Positions 25,001-31,000 of a stretch of 64,000 bases of DNA are shown in pieces. Every line of letters begins with the position of its first letter. Position 1 is the first letter of the stretch. The notes under the pieces were generated by a model. The model saw only the letters and a program-made list of their open reading frames with translations, was not told where the DNA came from and made no database searches. A program made the translations under genes and the position numbers. This DNA is from Christensenellaceae bacterium. Its GTDB lineage: Bacteria; Bacillota; Clostridia; Christensenellales; CAG-138. The stretch lies in the NCBI GenBank assembly GCA_963667795.1, contig OY764017.1, positions 790,207 through 854,206 of the forward strand. Direction: 5' to 3'.

Positions 25001-28000
25001 CGCATAATCAGCAATGCTTACCAGTGTCTCCGCCCTGGAAACGATGATTGCCAGCGCGCCGGAGATGCAAAGGTTGCTGTCGCTGCCCGCTACCGAACCG
25101 GCAAGCGCCTGGGCGCCGAGCAGTCCTCTGTATTCCCCATCCATGTTTTGGGTGAGCTGTGCTTCCGCTTTCAGGTCTCCATCTGTCGCCGTCAGATTAC
25201 CGGCGATTGAAACGGACGCTTTGTTTGCGTTGACCGACACGGCAACGCCGACAGCAATCGAGTTGCTGCTGGAAGCAAGACTCATTGCAACGCCGGTGCC
25301 GAGGCTTCTGAAGTTACCGTCGTTATCGGAGAGGATGCCGAACGTCTTCGCCGACAAATTACCGGAAATATCGACTTCAGCGTAATGGTGCGTGATGTTG
25401 ACCGCAACCGCCGCAGCAACCTGAACCTTTGTGGATTGCGTTTGATTATTCGTTCCGGTCAGGCCGTTTGTGTTATCGTTTGTGGTCGTGTTGGCTTGAT
25501 TGGTCGTGCTATCGGGCGTACCCGTTGTGGTCGTGTTCTGACTGCGCATCGCGTTGCTCGAAAGCGGCAGGTTGTTATTGGCCTGTGTTGTGTTTGTTCC
25601 GCCTTCTTCTTGCGTATCGTTGTTTTTATCCAGTTCGCCGTTGATCTTTCCGGCGGTTTGATTGTTTGTGTTATCGCCCTGAACGTCGTCATCCGCATAA
25701 TTGCCCTGCGCAATATCGTTTGCCGTTTTTTCAGTACCGTCCGCTGCCTTCCTGAACTTGGAAAGCATGCGCTCCATATCGGAGCCCATCGCCGTTGCAA
25801 TTGCCTGGCTCTCATCGGCGCTATATACATAGGAAACGATTCGTGCCGTTCCGTTGACGGTGCCGTTCCCATAAAACTCCGTGTCGACATCCGAATAAGA
25901 GATGTTGACTGCAACCGCCGCGCCAACCGCCGTGCCCGAACCCACGGAGAAGCCGCTGGCTTTCGTCAGGGTCGTACAGGTGTAACTTGAACCGAGATAG
26001 AAGTTGACATAGTCGGCGTTTTCTTCCGCCGCCGGATCGCCTTCCTCATATTCGGTCTTATCAAGATTGATCGTGTCCAGTCCGGTCGTCACGATGTTAG
26101 CACCGCTGCCGACATACGCACGTATCGTGTTGTACACGAGCCCGACCGCCACGGAAGCGTCGATTGAAATATCTTTTGGAGTGGTGGATGTTCCGGTGGT
26201 CGATCCTGTGGTGTTGTCCGTTCCGGAAAGTGGATCGGTTCCCGAGACGGACACCGTCTTGAGGTCGTGCCGTCCTTCCGCGTTGATATAGATCGTTCCG
26301 GATGTAAGGCTGCGATTGTCGCCAACGCCCGCTTCTACTTTGAATGTCGCGATGTTCAAAGTGAACGATGCGCCAACGCCGACGGTCTTTCCCTTGCTTG
26401 TCGTGTTGGTCGGAGTCGTTGTTATCGTTTCGCCTGCAGCCAGTGCACGGAATACGGCGTTGATCTGAATGTTCTCGTCCGGCATATAGAACGCATAGAT
26501 GTTATTGGCTTTGTCGTCGACCGTTACGATCTGTTTGGTCGTCGCCGTGCCGCCTTCCGGCGTATAGGTATATTCCAGATGATCCAGCGTATATCCGTCG
26601 ACAGGCGTGACCTTGACCAACAAGCGATCGCCAACCTTCGCGCTCGTTGCCGCGGTTTTCGTCGCATCGGTAACACTCGCCGCGCCGTTTGTCGGTGTCG
26701 TTACCGTAATCGTTTTGAGGTCTTCTTCAAATATGGCGCTGATGCTGATGGTTGCACCTTCGGCCAGCGCATCCGAACCGGTCGGTTCGACGAACGTATA
26801 CGTTCCGTCTCCATTATCCGTTAAGGTGATGTTTTTGCCCGTATCGCTGCGGACCGCCGTCAGTATTCCGTTGAGTTTGTATCCGCTGTCCGGCGTCACA
26901 CTCAGCGTATTTCCGTTGACTGAAACCTGCCCGTTTTGCATGGAACCGATGACGAACTTGCCTTCGGTCTTCGTATCATATTGTGTGCCCGCACTGCTGC
27001 CGTCGCCCGTATCAGAGCTGCCGCCGGCGGTCAGGTTTTGATCAGCCATGCCGTCGCTGCCGACTGCCGAGGATGCCACGGAGGATACTTTCTGGCGCGC
27101 ATATGCGTCGATCTCTGTATCACCGTTGACCGTTACGGAGTATGTCCCTGCGTCGGTCACGCCTGCCAGATATGCCTGTGTGTTGCCGATGATGATCGCG
27201 ATTGCACCGCTGCCGGCAACACCGACGCTCGAAGCACCCGCGCCCGCAACTGCCTGCGTAACAAATTCGTGTCCCGGCCCAAGGTCGGTTTCCTCAATCG
27301 GCAAATCCAGCCAGCCGGACAGCGCGTCCAGCGCGGTCGTCGTAAGCGCCTTGCCCGCATCCTTGAGGATCTGCGTCATCTTGGTTTTCAGCTGGGTGGC
27401 GATATCGCCCTTGAAGAATGTCTTCATCTGGTCGATATCGACGATATCGGCAAACAATTCGTTTGCGATGTTGCTGATCATTTTATTGATCTGATCGCCA
27501 TACGACAAAGTCTCCGGTGTCGTTGAACCCGGGGTGACCGTTTCCTGTATTTTGTTGAGAATCAGAGTCAGTATGGAAGAGGCAACCTGTCCGCGCAGCA
27601 CGTCCGTCAGGTCAGTGCCGAGTGTTGCAAGTTTGCTTGTAATTTTCGTTTCAATATCGGAGCTGACCAAACCTTCCAGCCCGGTACCGGAGAGCAACGT
27701 GTCCACAGCCGATCCGGCGATGCTCGAAATCAAGTCGGTCAGCGTATCATCCAGCGTGGTTTCATCCAGCAGGTCGGACAGCCCCATCAAATCGGCCAAC
27801 TCATGGATAATCTCCGTAATGGCTTGCTCAACGAGCTGTTCAACGATATTGCCGCTGGAGGAGCCGCTGTCCGAAGCGTCCGTCGTTTCCTTCTTCGCCG
27901 ATTCGTACATGTGCGCGATGATACGAAGCGTTTCAGCCTGTATCGTCGCGTCGTCGATATGCGAAAGGGTGTCATAAGATACGATGTTGATTGCAACGGC

Positions 28001-31000
28001 AACGCCCACGCCGATCTTTGCTTTTGTTGCGCTGGCATTGGCATAGATTGCCGCGTCCGTATCGCTGTAGGTCTCCACGCTGATCGTTCCGGCTTCCGTG
28101 TCCGCCGGATTATCGACCGGAATATATGCTGTGACCACGCAGCCGCCTGCAATATATGCTTCCGTATAGTTTGTCTGAATATTGAGGTTGAAGCCGGCGG
28201 CAACCTGAATGCTGCCTTCGCTGGTCTGCGACGGCTGACGATTCATGTTTTGGTTGTTGACCGAGCTCGTGCTTACATTGGAACTGCCGGTAATGGCTGC
28301 AAGTTTTGCGGCGCCGCCGACACCTTTGTCGGCTTGTTTATCCGCCTCTCCTTTGTCGTCCTCCCCGGACGTGCCATCTTGTGTCGTTGTAGACGAAGAC
28401 GTTGAACTGCTTGAACGGCTGGACGCGCCCTGCGAACCCGCGCGGGACGTAGATTTCAGAGAACTCCTGCCAACGGCCTTGATCTTTACATTTCTGGCAT
28501 ACACGCTGCGCTTCAGCGCGGCAGTGGAGCTGTCGTTCAAGATGGAGATCGCAAAGGATGCGCCGACGCCTACCTTGCCGCCCGCCGCCGCGGCGTTTGC
28601 CGCCAGCTCGCGTGCATTTACGCTGTTCGACGAAACGGCGACGTCTTCGCTTGCTTTCAAAAGTTGTGCCGACTGACCGAGCGCAGATTCGACATGCACG
28701 CCGGAGATCAGCAACGCTAGAACCGGAGTGATGGAAATGCCACCTGCGGAACCGGCTTCGGCTTTCATCGTTTCGCTGTTGTCGCTGTCAGCCGAAATGG
28801 CGATATTCTTGAGCAATGCGTCGCTTGCCACCGTAATATTCGTTTCATCCGCCACAACGGAAATCACGTCGATGCCGATAACGGCAACCGCGATGCCCGC
28901 GCCGACACCGACGCGCGACGCCGTGCCGGTGCTGACCGACTGCGCGCTAACGGACGACGTTTGGCAGGACGAACTCGTAAGCGCAAGCGTTCCATCTTCG
29001 CCAAGCGTAATGACCGCATCTTTGCCGATTAGCACTTTTGTTTTCGCGCTGGCGACCAGGACGGTGATTGCGCCGCCAATTCCGAAATCCCCCTGCGAAT
29101 ATCCGGCTTTGGAATCCGCATTGAAGATCAGCTTGCTTGTATCGCTTCCGGACGTTGCAGTGATCTCAATACTGTTCACCGTAATCGTTCCGTTCTTGAT
29201 GTACGCATAGTTTTTATGGATCGCAATCGAAACCGCAACGCCGACGCCCAGCGCAAATGTCTTTTTCTTCGTCGTAGTCGTCGTTGTCGTTTCACCCGTA
29301 TAATCCGGATCGGCTACAAACTCGGCTGAAAGCTGGATGCTCATGCTTGCGGAAGCACCGCCGGTCGGTGTCGGTACTGTATAGGTATACACACCGTTTG
29401 CGTTCTGCGTGACCGTAACGATGACTTCGCTTGCTGTTTCGACCGCTTTTGCTTTCAGGGAGTTTTCCTTGATTTTATATCCGGCACTCGGCGTGACCGT
29501 AATGGTGATCGTCTCGCCCGCATCGGCATACGCCGGTGCACTGATGGTTCCGTTTTCAACGGTTGCGGTGGTCACCTGATATGCTTTGTTCAGTGTGCTT
29601 GCGCTAACGACCAGCTTGCTGTTTGCATCCAGTCCGTCGGGAGCGGTAAACTTGTTGTCCGTCACGCTGATGGTCACGCTGGTGTCTTCCACATAATCGC
29701 CGCTGGTGGAATCCAGTTTGAAGAGTTTTACGGTGATTGTAAAATTCTTGCCTGAAGCGACTGCGTCCGCGTTGAGTTCAAACGCGACTGTCTCTCCGCT
29801 GTCGACTCTGGTGTCGGATGCATTTAAATAGGTAAGAGCGTCGCCGGTGAGTTCCAGCAGGCTCGCTTTATCGACATATATAATAGCAACCGTGACATCC
29901 TGCGCAGGCATGATGAAGGAATACGCGCCGTCAACGATGGAGAGCGTTGCACCGGTAACCGTCACGTTTGCAGTCTTGCCTTCCTGCTGCACGACTTCAA
30001 GGGTAACCTCGTCGTTCTTCTTTGCGCTTGCCGGCCCGGTGACGCCGGAAGCCGGAAGCGTGATGTTATAACGCTCCGCCTCGAACGCCGCGGTAATATT
30101 GATCGGAACGTTGACCGCCAGCGTTACGGGAATCGTGATATAGTAGCTATCGCCGGAACCCGCGGTCACATTCCCGATTACGGGAGTTCCGGTTTCGGGA
30201 TCGGTGTAGCTATACTGGAAACTGCCGTCGGTCAGTTTGTATCCCTGACGGATCGCCAATTGGAATGCCGCTTTGTTTTCGGTCGTATTAAAGGAAACGA
30301 ACGATACCGTTCCGTTGAGCGTCATGGCGATGACAATCTGTCTGCCGTCGGCCGTTTCCTTGGTCTGCTCAATTGTCACCTCATCCGTTTCGCCCGCCGC
30401 CGAATTGGCTGGGTCTAATGGATCGAGATCACTCGAAGCTCCGGTGCCGACCGGAGAACCATCCGCCAACAAGGAACTCTGCGTGGTTGCCGCAGCATTG
30501 ATGGAGAGCGTGCCTCCCGCAGTGATGGAACCTGTCGTATCGATGTATGCTTTATTTGTATTGGAAGAAACGGAAACCGCCAGAGCGCCGGAAACCTGCG
30601 CCGCAGATTTGCTGGTGCTGCCCGTGGTCGGCGTCGTGTCCGCGGGCGCTTCCTCAAACTCGGCGGAAAGCGTTACGTCGCCGGCCGGCATCGTAAGCAC
30701 ATACTGCCCTGCCGAATTGGCAACGATCGTTTGAACGCTTGTGCGTCCGTCGAGTTGTGCAGAGGCTTTCAGTGTGTCCGCCTTCAGTTGATAATTTGTG
30801 CTCGGGTTCACCGTGATCACAATTTGAATGCCTGCATCCGCACGCTGTGTGCTGATGACCAGTGCGCCGTTTGTGAGGTCCGGCGAAATCGCGATGGCGT
30901 AAGCGTCTCCCGGGTCTTCCGGTGTTTCAATCTTTTCTTCTTCCGAACCCGCGGTGCCGTTGTCAAACACATCTTCCACGCCGGAACCGTTGTCATCTTC

